A stretch of DNA of 64,000 nt from Parachlamydiales bacterium (lineage in GTDB: Bacteria; Chlamydiota; Chlamydiia; Chlamydiales; SM23-39). The stretch's first letter is position 1; every line of letters begins with the position of its first letter. A program made the translations under genes and the position numbers. The DNA lies in NCBI GenBank assembly GCA_050302075.1, contig JBNLAH010000005.1:64001-128000 (forward strand), given 5' to 3'. A model generated the notes under the pieces. The model saw only the letters and a program-made list of their open reading frames with translations. It was not told where the DNA came from and did no database searches. Shown one piece after another: positions 19,904-30,271 of this stretch.

Positions 19904-20383
19904 ATGAGTTTTTTTAAAAAGCTGTCCCTATTTGCTGGGAGATTTTTTTTAAGCATTATTTTTTTGATCTCTGCTTTGAGAAAAATTTTTAGTTGGCAGG
20001 ATGTGGAAAATTCTTTAGTAAATCAAATAGTTGAATGGAACTCATATGTAAGTTCGAATAGTGTGAAAGATTTTTTATCCGAAATTCTGCCTTGGACGCC
20101 TTTTTTTCTACTCATCGCTATGTTTTTAGAACTTTTAGGATCAATTTTATTTTTATTAGGTATTAAGCCTCGACTTGGGGCGCTTTTTTTGATAATTTTT
20201 TTATTTCCAACAACGATTATTATGCACCCATTTTGGTTCTTTGATGGAACTCAAAAAGAAGTAGAGTTTGTTATGTTTGTAAAAAATTTAAGCATTTTGG
20301 GTGGACTACTAATTGCATTAGCTCAAGGGGGAGTACTGGAAAATAATAAAATTGTTTACCCTAAGGTAAAGTTTGATAGATAA
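19904..20383 (+). CDS. DoxX family membrane protein
   Basis: GRFFLSIIF, HPFW, FVKNLSILGGLL. Confidence 0.85.
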   Translation: MSFFKKLSLFAGRFFLSIIFLISALRKIFSWQDVENSLVNQIVEWNSYVSSNSVKDFLSEILPWTPFFLLIAMFLELLGSILFLLGIKPRLGALFLIIFLFPTTIIMHPFWFFDGTQKEVEFVMFVKNLSILGGLLIALAQGGVLENNKIVYPKVKFDR

Positions 20384-21995
20384 AAGATCATTATACTTTC
20401 TCATCAGTTTTTTGATTGTAGCTTTTGGCCAGCCTGCGTGGGTGGGTTTTCTGTCGCCTTTTGCTGCAATTTTTGGATATGCAATTTTTTGGTATGCCTT
20501 TAAAGACCATAAACAAATTCGAGAAAAAATTATAATTTCCTTTTGGTGGTTTTTTTTGGTTCAATCTGTACAGCTTTCTTGGATGACATCTACTAAATAT
20601 CAGGGACCATATATATTACTGGTTTATTTGTTTCTATTAATTTGGCTTAGCTCCCAATTCGCTGTTCTTACTTATTTGGTTTATTCGAGAAAGCTAAAAC
20701 TTTCAAATGGGATACTCATTAGTTCAGTTTGGGCTATTATGGAATGGAGTCGATTGTACTTCATTAGCGGGTTCAGCTGGAATCCTGTTGCCATGGCTTA
20801 TGCCAATTATTCTTTCTCACTTCAAATGGCCTCCATAGCCGGAGTTTTGGGGATGTCATTTTATGTTATTTTTGGTAATTATGTATTTTATCGCTCAGCC
20901 GTGCAAAACAGATTCTGGTTAACTGCCATTATAGTTGCAATCCTTCCCTATTTATTTGGGAGCTTGACTATTTTTTTTCGAAATCAAGACAGTACTTCAT
21001 TAAAAGCCCTTTTAGTTCAAACCTCTTTGCAACCATATGAAAAAGACGGCGGTTTGATGAGCTTCAGTTCTCTTTCACCTGAGTATCAGTGGCAGAGAAT
21101 TTTGATTTTTTTAAAGGATTCCCAAAAAAATGCAGATTTAATTGTTTTGCCAGAAGTTGCAGTTCCTGTTGAAGCAAATAAGTATGAATATCCACTAGGG
21201 GTTGTAAAGCGAATATGGGCTGATGTATTCGGTGAAGGTGCGATTAGAAACTTGCCTCCATTAACTCCTGAATACGCTTTTTCAACATTTGATGATAAAT
21301 TCTTTGTTAATAACAAGTTTTGGGCAAAAGCTTTGTCAAATCAATTTAAAGCAAATGTTATAATTGGGATGTATGAGCTAGACCTTAAAAGGGGGGATAC
21401 ATTCAATGTCGCGCTTTTTTTTAATCAAAATAATAAAAAGATCAAGCGTTATATCAAAAGAATCTTAGTGCCTATTGGGGAGTATTTTCCATTTGAATGG
21501 TGCCGGCCAATTGCAAGGAAATTAGGTATTTTTGACAACTTTTCAGCAGGGGAGAAGCCGGAAGTATTTTCTGGAGTTACAGATATGTCAGTTTCTATTT
21601 GCTATGAAGAAACATTTAGTAATATAACTCGAGAAGGAAGGCTTTTACCTGCTAATTTATTCATCAATATTACAAATGATGTATGGTTTCCAAATTCTAA
21701 ACTACCACTACAACATTTTCACCATGGCAAATTACGGGCAGTTGAAAATGGAGTTCCGCTAATTAGAGCATGCAATACCGGACTCACAGGGGGTATTGAT
21801 TGCTTTGGTAGAGTTATAAAAGTCTTAAAGTCAGATATTGTTCCTACTGAAAAAATAAAAGGAGCCTTATTTGTTGAAATTCCTTTGCTACATTTTAAAA
21901 CTTTGTACACCTTTTTAGGAGATGGTTTTATTATAGGCATTAGTTTTTTATGCGTAATTTTAATATTTAGATATTCTAAGCTAAATAGGCCTTGA
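20373..21995 (+). CDS. lnt: Apolipoprotein N-acyltransferase
   Basis: TM N-half; nitrilase triad motifs LPE, KRILVPIGEY, ICYEE; TNDVWF, RAVENG. Confidence 0.95.
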   Translation: MIDKRSLYFLISFLIVAFGQPAWVGFLSPFAAIFGYAIFWYAFKDHKQIREKIIISFWWFFLVQSVQLSWMTSTKYQGPYILLVYLFLLIWLSSQFAVLTYLVYSRKLKLSNGILISSVWAIMEWSRLYFISGFSWNPVAMAYANYSFSLQMASIAGVLGMSFYVIFGNYVFYRSAVQNRFWLTAIIVAILPYLFGSLTIFFRNQDSTSLKALLVQTSLQPYEKDGGLMSFSSLSPEYQWQRILIFLKDSQKNADLIVLPEVAVPVEANKYEYPLGVVKRIWADVFGEGAIRNLPPLTPEYAFSTFDDKFFVNNKFWAKALSNQFKANVIIGMYELDLKRGDTFNVALFFNQNNKKIKRYIKRILVPIGEYFPFEWCRPIARKLGIFDNFSAGEKPEVFSGVTDMSVSICYEETFSNITREGRLLPANLFINITNDVWFPNSKLPLQHFHHGKLRAVENGVPLIRACNTGLTGGIDCFGRVIKVLKSDIVPTEKIKGALFVEIPLLHFKTLYTFLGDGFIIGISFLCVILIFRYSKLNRP

Positions 21996-22067
21996 TGAAA
22001 AAATACAAAACTGGGATAAGTTTTTTGAAGATTTTTCAAGGTAATTTTAAATTTTAAGAGGTAACTT

Positions 22068-22943
22068 TTGACCCTCTCTAATAATAGAATGTTAAGTCAA
22101 CCCATGCAAAAAACTCTTTGTAAGCCTATTTTTATTTCAGGAAAAGGACTTTTCACAGGAGAAAAAGTAAACTTAACTATGGTTCCAGCTGGTGCTAATC
22201 ATGGTATAGTATTCAAGCGAACGGATCTTTCTCCATCTATTTTTGTGCCAGCTAGTATTGATAGCGTTGTTTCTACCCCTAGGTGCACGATTATTGGAAA
22301 AGGTAAGGCAACAATTAAAACTGTCGAACATCTTCTTTCTGCTCTTTCAGCCTTACAAATAGATAATTTACTAATAGAGATTGATGGCCCCGAGTTGCCT
22401 GCTTGCGATGGAAGCTCAATTCAATTTGTAGAGATGATTGAAAAGGCTAAAGTTAAAGAGCTAGATGCTGTTAAAAAGACATATAAATTAGACAAAATTG
22501 TTCAGTTCACAAAAGATGGTACCCACTTAATAGCAGTTCCATCCAATGAATTACAAATTAGTAACACACTTCATTATCCTCATTCTAATTTTTTACGTTC
22601 TCAATTTTACTCATTTAAGGTAAACTCTAATGGCTACAAAAAAAATATAGCTCCTTGTAGAACTTTTTCTCTTTATGAGGAAATTGAGCCTATGCTGAAA
22701 AAAGGGCTTTTAAAGGGGGCTGGCCTAGAAAATGGAGTAGTTATCAAGGATGAGAAAGTCGTTAATCCTGGTGGTTTGCGATTTACTGATGAAATGGTGC
22801 GACATAAGATTTTAGATCTTTTAGGAGATTTATGCTTGATTGGCAAATCTTTTTTTGCGCATATTATAGCTATTCGTTCAGGCCATTTTGCAAATGTAGA
22901 ATTTGCACGTGAAATTTTAAATAACTTAACGGAGAACTCTTGA
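22068..22943 (+). CDS. lpxC: UDP-3-O-acyl-N-acetylglucosamine deacetylase
   Basis: TVEHLLSA, DGSS, RHKILDLLGD; true start may be ATG 22089 or 22104. Confidence 0.96.
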   Translation: MTLSNNRMLSQPMQKTLCKPIFISGKGLFTGEKVNLTMVPAGANHGIVFKRTDLSPSIFVPASIDSVVSTPRCTIIGKGKATIKTVEHLLSALSALQIDNLLIEIDGPELPACDGSSIQFVEMIEKAKVKELDAVKKTYKLDKIVQFTKDGTHLIAVPSNELQISNTLHYPHSNFLRSQFYSFKVNSNGYKKNIAPCRTFSLYEEIEPMLKKGLLKGAGLENGVVIKDEKVVNPGGLRFTDEMVRHKILDLLGDLCLIGKSFFAHIIAIRSGHFANVEFAREILNNLTENS

Positions 22944-23401
22944 TGGCAAAGAAGACATCAACAGTACTGAATGTCAAAGACATCGCAAAAATTTTACCGC
23001 ACAGGTATCCATTTTTACTTGTTGATCGAATTATTCACTTAGATCTTGACGGCAATGAAATTATAGGACAAAAAAACCTGACGATTAATGAACAATTTTT
23101 TCAAGGACATTTCCCTGAGGTTCCGATTATGCCGGGAGTGCTGATATTAGAAGCATTGGCACAAACAGGTGGTATTTTGGTACATCAGAAAGGATATGTG
23201 AAAAAAATTGCAGTTTTATTAAATGTTTCAAACGCAAAGTTTAGAAGACCCGTTTTGCCTGGAGATGTTTTATTACTTCATGCAACAGCGGTTCACGTAA
23301 GTCAAAATGGCGGAAAAATAAAAGCAAAGGCTATAGTCGAGGATAAAATTGCAGTTGAAGCAGAACTAAGTTTTGCTCTTGTAGAAAAAGATCAGCTATA
23401 A
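22943..23401 (+). CDS. fabZ: 3-hydroxyacyl-ACP dehydratase
   Basis: LPHRYPFLLVD, FFQGHFP, MPGVLILEALAQ; TGATG coupling with lpxC. Confidence 0.97.
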   Translation: MAKKTSTVLNVKDIAKILPHRYPFLLVDRIIHLDLDGNEIIGQKNLTINEQFFQGHFPEVPIMPGVLILEALAQTGGILVHQKGYVKKIAVLLNVSNAKFRRPVLPGDVLLLHATAVHVSQNGGKIKAKAIVEDKIAVEAELSFALVEKDQL

Positions 23402-23439
23402 GCTATATTAACTTAAGTAGAATAAAAAAAATAAAGCAA

Positions 23440-24288
23440 ATGTCGAAATCAAATGTACATCCTTATGCAGTAGTTGAACCAGGAGCAAAAATTGGGAAAA
23501 ATGTAACAGTAGAGGCGTTTGCTGTTATTAAGTCAAATGTAACTATCGGCGATGATGTAGTCATAAAGTCGCATGCTTACATTGATGGGAATACAACTAT
23601 AGGAAAAGGTACTGTTATTTGGCCTAGCGCAAGCATAGGCACAAGAACTCAAGATTTAAAGTACAAAGGAGAGAAAACATTTGTTGAAATCGGTGAAAAT
23701 TGTCAGATAAGAGAATTCGCAACAATTAATTCTTCTTGTCAAGAAGGTTCAAAAGTATCAGTCGGTAACAATTGTTTAATTATGGCCTATTGTCACATAG
23801 CTCATAATTGCGCTATTGGAAATAACGTAATTATGGCTAACAACGCAATGCTTGCAGGTCATGTCATTATTGAAGACTATGCAATTATCGGCGGGATGAC
23901 TCCTGTTCATCAATTTTCCAGAATCGGTTGCTATGCAATGGTCGGTGGGTTTAGTAGGGTATCTCATGATATTCCACCATACACATTAGGTGGCGGTTCC
24001 CCATATAAGTTTGGAGGGCTGAACATTGTTGGGTTAAAGAGAAATCTATTTGACCTGGAGGTAAGGCAAGAGTTGAGTAAGGCTTTTCGTCTTACATATC
24101 GATCGGGACTGCATTTGGAGCAAGCATTAGCTGAGATTGAAAAACAATTGAAGCCTATGCCGGAAATAAAACACTGGGTTAACTTCTGCAAGGAAACAAA
24201 GAGAGGAATTCTAGGTCTTCAGGGAGTTACTCAAAATTCAGAAGAGTTTGACGGTCTTTTAGAAGATGACAAATCACAGAGTGAATAA
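23440..24288 (+). CDS. lpxA: UDP-N-acetylglucosamine acyltransferase
   Basis: Hexapeptide repeats, QDLKY, HIAHNC, LAGHV, VHQF. Confidence 0.96.
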   Translation: MSKSNVHPYAVVEPGAKIGKNVTVEAFAVIKSNVTIGDDVVIKSHAYIDGNTTIGKGTVIWPSASIGTRTQDLKYKGEKTFVEIGENCQIREFATINSSCQEGSKVSVGNNCLIMAYCHIAHNCAIGNNVIMANNAMLAGHVIIEDYAIIGGMTPVHQFSRIGCYAMVGGFSRVSHDIPPYTLGGGSPYKFGGLNIVGLKRNLFDLEVRQELSKAFRLTYRSGLHLEQALAEIEKQLKPMPEIKHWVNFCKETKRGILGLQGVTQNSEEFDGLLEDDKSQSE

Positions 24289-25216
24289 AATTGTTTTTTT
24301 TGGGACATCGATTTTTTCCTCTAAGGTTTTAAGATGTCTTATTGAGTCAAGTGCTTCTATTTGTGCGATAGTAACTCAGCCTGATAAGCCTGTAAAAAGA
24401 TCTAAGGTGCCATCTCCGCCACCAGTTAAAGCTTTTGCTTTAGAGCACTGTCCAAATATTTTAATTCTGCAGCCTGAAAAAGCATCAGATAAGGCTTTTA
24501 TAGAAAAAATAAATGACATGCGTCCAGATCTTTTTATTGTTGTTGCATATGGTCAAATTTTAAAAAGAGATCTTTTAAATATTCCAAGGTTAGGTCCAAT
24601 TAATATTCACGCCTCTTTGCTTCCTAAATATAGAGGCGCGGCCCCGATTCAAAGAGCTATTATGGATGGAGAACAAAAGACCGGCATTACAATCATGAAG
24701 ATGAATGAAAAAATGGATGCTGGAGAAGTGATTTTAAAAAAAGAATGCCCTATTGGGCTAGATGACACATTTGTAGATGTCGAAAACAAGTTAATAGATA
24801 TTTCTTGTGAATTGATATTGCAAGTGCTTGGTGACTTTGATCAAGGAAAATCTTTAAGCGCTCCGCAAAATCACTCTATGGCCACCTTTGCTCCAAAAAT
24901 AGACCTTAAAGAATGTCAAATTAATTGGGATGAAGAAGCTTTAGATATTCATAATAAAATTCGAGCCCTTTCACCGAAGCCAGGTGCCTGGTCTTTTGTT
25001 AAAATTGATGAAGAACTTTTTAGAATAAAAATTATAGCTGCAAAGATTATAGATGTAAGTGCCGCTCCTGGGGTTGTGGTTCAAAAAAATCCATTAATAG
25101 TTGGATGTAAAAATCAAGGAATCCTAATTCAAAAAGTTCAACCTGAAGGACGTAAAGTTATGGATTCTAAAAGCTGGGTAAATGGGATTAACAAAAAAAG
25201 TTTTACATTTACTTGA
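24266..25216 (+). CDS. fmt: Methionyl-tRNA formyltransferase
   Basis: VTQPDKP, VVAYGQIL, NIHASLLPKYRGAAPIQ, MDAG. Confidence 0.97.
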   Translation: MTNHRVNKIVFFGTSIFSSKVLRCLIESSASICAIVTQPDKPVKRSKVPSPPPVKAFALEHCPNILILQPEKASDKAFIEKINDMRPDLFIVVAYGQILKRDLLNIPRLGPINIHASLLPKYRGAAPIQRAIMDGEQKTGITIMKMNEKMDAGEVILKKECPIGLDDTFVDVENKLIDISCELILQVLGDFDQGKSLSAPQNHSMATFAPKIDLKECQINWDEEALDIHNKIRALSPKPGAWSFVKIDEELFRIKIIAAKIIDVSAAPGVVVQKNPLIVGCKNQGILIQKVQPEGRKVMDSKSWVNGINKKSFTFT

Positions 25217-25290
25217 CGCTCTGATAGTTTGATTTACATTAATTAATACTACATCTAAACTTAACATTAATTTAATAATAGGGTTTTAAA

Positions 25291-26067
25291 ATGAGTAGCT
25301 TTTTTTCAAGTACCCCAAATACTACTGCTTATCCGATATATTATGCAGATGCTTTTGCGACTAGCGTAAACGAGGGAGGTGGAGTTTCTAAGTTGATCAA
25401 ACTTGCTAGAAATATTTTGATGCTTTTCAAAAGAGCCATGGAGCATCTGGGCAAGACACTTTATTTGCCTCAAATTTCAAAGGCTATTTCTCACTTTGAT
25501 ATTGCCAGCAAGACTACGTTGTTAAATAAAATTTTCAGCTCTTCGACTAATTTCAAAAAAACATTAAATAAGTCTACAGGGATATCAGAGAAATTAATAT
25601 ATGATACTTTGGATTTTACGGGAGATATCCTTGCAGCTTCTGGATTTTTTGGTGCAAGAATAGCTAAGGCATCCAATATTACCAGCTTGATAAATACATG
25701 TATTGACACCAAAAAAGACCTGGGAAAATTGTCTAAAAATAACGATGCTGCCGAAAGAAAATTTAACTTTAAGTGTAGTGTTTATAAATACCTAAGTCCT
25801 TTGACATTAGGAATGATTGAGCACCCACTATTCTCAGAAGAGAATCCAGCTGAACTTAGAAGGCTCGCTATGTTGGAAGTTATAAAAGATATAATATCAA
25901 TTTCACTTGGAATCATAGCTATTGTTGGAATTGTAACAGGTATAAGTTTAATATCTGACTTTGCTTTATTAACGATTTCAACTTCATCGATTATTTTAAG
26001 TTTAGGAATCAGTACACTTAAAAAGAATACATCGCATCAAGTTGCGAAGCTTAATCTAGACAATTAA
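25291..26067 (+). CDS. Hypothetical protein with C-terminal bilobed hydrophobic domain (Inc/Cap1-like candidate)
   Basis: S/T-rich N-terminus; ~40 aa hydrophobic hairpin IISISLGIIAIVGIVTGISLISDFALLTISTSSIILSLGI; between fmt and rplC. Confidence 0.65.
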   Translation: MSSFFSSTPNTTAYPIYYADAFATSVNEGGGVSKLIKLARNILMLFKRAMEHLGKTLYLPQISKAISHFDIASKTTLLNKIFSSSTNFKKTLNKSTGISEKLIYDTLDFTGDILAASGFFGARIAKASNITSLINTCIDTKKDLGKLSKNNDAAERKFNFKCSVYKYLSPLTLGMIEHPLFSEENPAELRRLAMLEVIKDIISISLGIIAIVGIVTGISLISDFALLTISTSSIILSLGISTLKKNTSHQVAKLNLDN

Positions 26068-26071
26068 CTTT

Positions 26072-26096
26072 AATGCAAAGCTTTTAGCTTTGCATT
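26072..26096 (+). terminator. Hairpin, likely terminator
   Basis: AATGCAAAGCT-TTT-AGCTTTGCATT perfect 11-bp inverted repeat 5 nt after the stop at 26067. Confidence 0.6.
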
Positions 26097-26112
26097 CTAA
26101 AAGAGATTTTTT

Positions 26113-26262
26113 ATGGATCTCAAAAAAAAGCTATCAAATACTGAATGGTTTATTTTTTTAGTAGTGTCAGGCTTGCTTATAACTCTGAACGCTATTTCGA
26201 TTTTTAAAACCCATTCCGTTGATGCAAAATTGAAAAAAAATATTGTTACTATAAAAAAATAA
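26113..26262 (+). CDS. Small single-TM protein (49 aa), below the ORF-track cutoff
   Basis: MDLKKKLSNTEWFIFLVVSGLLITLNAISIFKTHSVDAKLKKNIVTIKK*; AAGAG upstream. Confidence 0.45.
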   Translation: MDLKKKLSNTEWFIFLVVSGLLITLNAISIFKTHSVDAKLKKNIVTIKK

Positions 26263-26478
26263 AAATCGAATAATAAATAGTACTGCTTGTGTTCAAATGC
26301 AAGTTTGCTTATGCTCGTTAAGCAATTACATATTTAGTATGAGCTAAAAACAAAAGAGATTTTGATTGAGCGAAATCGCTGATTTTGTTAGCCTTTCTGC
26401 TTGATCCTATTAGTAAGCTAAAAGTTTAATTCTTACTAATCTCTACAAATAAATGAGTTCGAATAAAGGAAGTGGATA

Positions 26479-27126
26479 ATGACTCTAAAATTTTTAGGAC
26501 AAAAGCAAGGGATGACTCAGTTCTTCGATGAAAAAGGTGATCGAATTATTGGAACTGTGATTTTAGTTCGTCCAAATTTTGTAACTCAAATCAAAACCGA
26601 AGAAAAAGATGGCTACAAAGCCATTCAAATCGGGTCTAATTTATCAGATAAACCACAAGCAAAGTGGGTGAAAAAACCTCAAAAAGGTCACTTTGAGAAA
26701 GCTAAAGTTGAACCTTGTAGGTATTTACATGAGTCTAGAGTAGAGAATGTAGAAGAATACCAACTGGGTCAGCAGCTTGATTTAGCTTTGATAAAAGATG
26801 CAAATTTTGTAGATGTTGTGGCTTTTTCTAAAGGTAAAGGTTACCAAGGTGTGATGAAAAAATATGGGTTTGCCGGTGGACCTGCAGCTCATGGATCTGG
26901 ATTTCATAGGCATGCTGGGTCAACAGGGATGAGATCAACTCCAGGTAGATGTTTCCCAGGTGGTCCAAGAGCTTCAAGAATGGGTGGAGAGAAAAAGACC
27001 ATACAAAATCTAAAGATATTGGATGTAGATTTAGATAAGAATTTGGTTGTATTGAAAGGCGCTGTTCCAGGTTCTAGAGGAGCTTTAGTTACAATTTCAG
27101 CAGCAAAGAAAAAAATAAATGCATAA
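26479..27126 (+). CDS. rplC: 50S ribosomal protein L3
   Basis: KQGMTQ, SKGKGYQG, HGSGFHR, KGAVPG. Confidence 0.97.
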   Translation: MTLKFLGQKQGMTQFFDEKGDRIIGTVILVRPNFVTQIKTEEKDGYKAIQIGSNLSDKPQAKWVKKPQKGHFEKAKVEPCRYLHESRVENVEEYQLGQQLDLALIKDANFVDVVAFSKGKGYQGVMKKYGFAGGPAAHGSGFHRHAGSTGMRSTPGRCFPGGPRASRMGGEKKTIQNLKILDVDLDKNLVVLKGAVPGSRGALVTISAAKKKINA

Positions 27127-27142
27127 ATTCTAGGAGTTCGAA

Positions 27143-27817
27143 GTGGCAACGCTAAAAAAATATGATTTAACCGGAAAAGAAGTTGGTAAGCATGAAATCG
27201 ATGACTCTGTCCTTCATGTTAAGTCCAACATGCAAATGATTAAAAACTATCTTGTTGCGATTCGCAATAATGCAAGACAATGGTCAGCTAATACTAAAAC
27301 TAGAGCTGAAGTAAACAAGACAAAGAAAAAACCGCACGCTCAGAAGGGTACAGGTAGAGCTAGACAAGGTAGCTTAGCGGCTCCCCATTTTAAAGGAGGA
27401 GGAGTTGCATTTGGACCAAAGCCAAAGTTTGATCAACACGTCAGAATTAATAGAAAGGAAAGACGTTTGGCTATTAAAACGTTAATTTGTGAGAAGATAC
27501 AAGAAGGTTCTTTAATGATCCTTAAGCTTCCAACAATGAAAGAGCCTAAAACAAAACTAGTTTCTGATTTTCTTAATAAGCTAGAAATTAATAATAAATC
27601 AGTACTTTTCTTAGGGGAATCTCAAGTAAGTCAAAAAGCTGAAAAGACAACAGCAGAAAAGAATAAATTTGTTTTAAGTATGAGAAATATACCAAAAACT
27701 GATTTTGCTTCGATTTCACATTTGAATGGTTATGATCTAGTGAAAAGTAAAACAATTGTAGTTTTAGAACCAGCATTTGATCAGATGGTAACGCTAATTT
27801 CAGGAGACCAGTCATGA
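27143..27817 (+). CDS. rplD: 50S ribosomal protein L4
   Basis: QKGTGRARQGS, GGGVAFGPKP. Confidence 0.97.
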   Translation: MATLKKYDLTGKEVGKHEIDDSVLHVKSNMQMIKNYLVAIRNNARQWSANTKTRAEVNKTKKKPHAQKGTGRARQGSLAAPHFKGGGVAFGPKPKFDQHVRINRKERRLAIKTLICEKIQEGSLMILKLPTMKEPKTKLVSDFLNKLEINNKSVLFLGESQVSQKAEKTTAEKNKFVLSMRNIPKTDFASISHLNGYDLVKSKTIVVLEPAFDQMVTLISGDQS

Positions 27818-28140
27818 GAAAAAACCCATACAAAATTATATTTAACAGACACATGACCGAAAAGTCTAAGGTTCTGGAAAATCTTCAGAATTCAGAAAGT
27901 AATAAGTCAGTTAGAAAATGCAAATCTCCTAAGTATGTTTTTATCGTTGATGATAAAGTTAACAAATCCGAAATCGAAAATGCAATCGAGAGCATTTATA
28001 GTGTTGGGGTTGTAAAAGTGAACACTATTCAAGTAAAGCCTAAGAAAAAAAGAACTAAAGGCAGACTTGGTAAGTCAAATAAATTTAAAAAAGCAATCGT
28101 TACTCTGCGTGAAGGCGACGTAATTGAAGAGCAAGTTTAA
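27814..28140 (+). CDS. rplW: 50S ribosomal protein L23
   Basis: TEKS, VKVNT, KKAIVTL. Confidence 0.95.
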   Translation: MRKNPYKIIFNRHMTEKSKVLENLQNSESNKSVRKCKSPKYVFIVDDKVNKSEIENAIESIYSVGVVKVNTIQVKPKKKRTKGRLGKSNKFKKAIVTLREGDVIEEQV

Positions 28141-28151
28141 GAGGTTTCCAA

Positions 28152-28991
28152 ATGACAAAAAAATTTCGACCGATAACACCTGGGCAAAGAAAACTCATTA
28201 TTCCAAGTTTTGAAGAACTAAAACCAGGAAAGAAAAAGGTAAAAAGCCTTTTAAAGCCCAAAAAGAAATCGAATGGAAGAAACAACACTGGCAGAATTAC
28301 TTGTAGACACCGTGGTGGTGGACATAAGCGAAAACTGAGAGAGGTTGATTTTACTAGGGATAAGGTGAATATTGACGCTAAAGTAGCTTCAATAGAATAT
28401 GATCCAAACAGATCTGCTCATATTGCTTTATTACATTATCTAGATGGTGAAAAAAGATATATACTAGCTCCTCAAGGCTTAAAAGTAGGGGACAAGGTCG
28501 CAACTAGGTCAGAGCCACCATTTAAAATCGGCGTTTGTATGCAAATGAAACATATGCCACTTGGTTCAGTAGTACATAATATTGAACTTTATCCAGGTAG
28601 AGGTGGAAAAATTGTTAGATCTGCTGGACTGTCAGCTCAGTTAGTTGCTAGGTCAGGAGGATATGTTACAGTAAGACTTCCTTCTGGAGAGGCAAGACTA
28701 ATTAATGAGAATTGTAAGGCAACATTCGGAGCGATATCTAATGCTGAGCATTCGTTAAGAGTAGACGCTAAAGCTGGTAGAACTCGTTGGAGAGGAATCA
28801 GACCAACAGTTAGAGGAACTGCAATGAACCCTGTAGATCACCCGCATGGTGGTGGTGAAGGTAAGAGTAAAGGAAATGTTCCTCAATCTCCATGGGCGAT
28901 GTATACAAAAGGTTATCGCACTCGATCTAAGCAAAAAAGTAATAAATGGATCATTAAACCACGTAAGAATAAGGCTAATGTAGGTAAATAA
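28152..28991 (+). CDS. rplB: 50S ribosomal protein L2
   Basis: [30 protein letters not shown]. Confidence 0.98.
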   Translation: MTKKFRPITPGQRKLIIPSFEELKPGKKKVKSLLKPKKKSNGRNNTGRITCRHRGGGHKRKLREVDFTRDKVNIDAKVASIEYDPNRSAHIALLHYLDGEKRYILAPQGLKVGDKVATRSEPPFKIGVCMQMKHMPLGSVVHNIELYPGRGGKIVRSAGLSAQLVARSGGYVTVRLPSGEARLINENCKATFGAISNAEHSLRVDAKAGRTRWRGIRPTVRGTAMNPVDHPHGGGEGKSKGNVPQSPWAMYTKGYRTRSKQKSNKWIIKPRKNKANVGK

Positions 28992-29254
28992 TGGCAAGAT
29001 CACTGAAAAAAGGTCCGTTTGTAGATCATTATCTAATGGACAAAGTAGACAAACAAAATAATGAGGGAACGAAAAAACCAATCAAGACTTGGTCTAGAAG
29101 GTCAATGATTGTGCCAGAAATGATTGGTCATTCATTTGAAGTTCACAATGGGAAAAAATTTATTACTGTATTTGTTACAGAAAATATGGTTGGACATAGA
29201 TTAGGAGAATTTTCTCCAACTAGAACTTTTAAAGGCCATCCAGTTAAGAAGTGA
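28991..29254 (+). CDS. rpsS: 30S ribosomal protein S19
   Basis: [28 protein letters not shown]. Confidence 0.98.
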   Translation: MARSLKKGPFVDHYLMDKVDKQNNEGTKKPIKTWSRRSMIVPEMIGHSFEVHNGKKFITVFVTENMVGHRLGEFSPTRTFKGHPVKK

Positions 29255-29266
29255 GGTAATTGAAAA

Positions 29267-29620
29267 ATGCAATACGCAAAAGCGAAAACCAAATATGTGA
29301 GGATTAGCCCTAGAAAAGCTAGATTAGCAGCAGCTTTGATACGTGGCAAAAGCGTCAGCGAAGCTAAGAACCAACTAATGTACTCAAAGCTAAAAGCTGG
29401 AAGACTACTAGGTAAAACATTGAACAGTGCTGTTGCAAATGCAGAGACACAGCTTGACCTTCAACAGGAGTCTTTAAGAGTCCATGAGGTTAGAGTTGAT
29501 GAAGGTCCAACATGGAAAAGAGCTAAGCCTAGAAACAAAGGCGGAAGAGTTCCTATCATGAAAAGAACAAGTCATTTTACAGTAGTATTGTCTACAGAAG
29601 AAGTTAAGGAGCAAAAGTAG
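29267..29620 (+). CDS. rplV: 50S ribosomal protein L22
   Basis: RISPRKAR, SAVANA, KRTSH. Confidence 0.97.
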   Translation: MQYAKAKTKYVRISPRKARLAAALIRGKSVSEAKNQLMYSKLKAGRLLGKTLNSAVANAETQLDLQQESLRVHEVRVDEGPTWKRAKPRNKGGRVPIMKRTSHFTVVLSTEEVKEQK

Positions 29621-29621
29621 A

Positions 29622-30269
29622 ATGGGACAAAAAGTATCACCGACAGGTTTCCGATTAATAAGAAGAAAGAATTGGTTGTCTAAATGGTTTGCAAACAAGC
29701 GTGAGTTCGGCGCTTTATTAGAAGAAGATAAAAAAATAAGAGATCACTTAAGTAAAAAGCCAACTTTAGTCGGAACTTCTAAAATTTTTGTGAAAAGAAT
29801 GAGTGGTAAGATTGAGGTTACAATACTTACAGCCAGACCTGGTCCGGTTATAGGAAAGAAAGGTGCTGAAATAGAAAACCTAAAAAAAGAGCTAAAACAA
29901 CTTACTGGTAAAGAAGTTTGGGTGGAAGTTGAGGAAATTAAAAGACCGGATTTAGATGCCCAACTTGTAGCTGATGGAATTGCAAGACAAATTGAGAGAA
30001 GGATTCCATTTAGACGTGTTTTGAAAAAAGCAATCCAGACAAGCATTGATGCAGGATCTGTTGGTATTAAAGTGGAGCTTTCAGGTCGAATTGGCGGAGC
30101 AGAAATTGCTAGAACAGAAAAATATAAAGAAGGAAGAATTCCCTTGCACACACTAAGAGCAGATATTGATTATGCTACATCAAGAGCTGAGACAACTTAT
30201 GGTTCTATTGGTGTTAAAGTGTGGATAAATAAAGGTGAAGATCTGAAATCTGCAAAGGTTGGAGGTTAG
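29622..30269 (+). CDS. rpsC: 30S ribosomal protein S3
   Basis: [25 protein letters not shown]. Confidence 0.98.
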   Translation: MGQKVSPTGFRLIRRKNWLSKWFANKREFGALLEEDKKIRDHLSKKPTLVGTSKIFVKRMSGKIEVTILTARPGPVIGKKGAEIENLKKELKQLTGKEVWVEVEEIKRPDLDAQLVADGIARQIERRIPFRRVLKKAIQTSIDAGSVGIKVELSGRIGGAEIARTEKYKEGRIPLHTLRADIDYATSRAETTYGSIGVKVWINKGEDLKSAKVGG

Positions 30270-30271
30270 TC

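Noticed and set aside
22931..22945. lpxC/fabZ junction as a possible broken fusion
   Set aside because: Ordinary TGATG translational coupling with an SD (GGAG); separate genes are normal here
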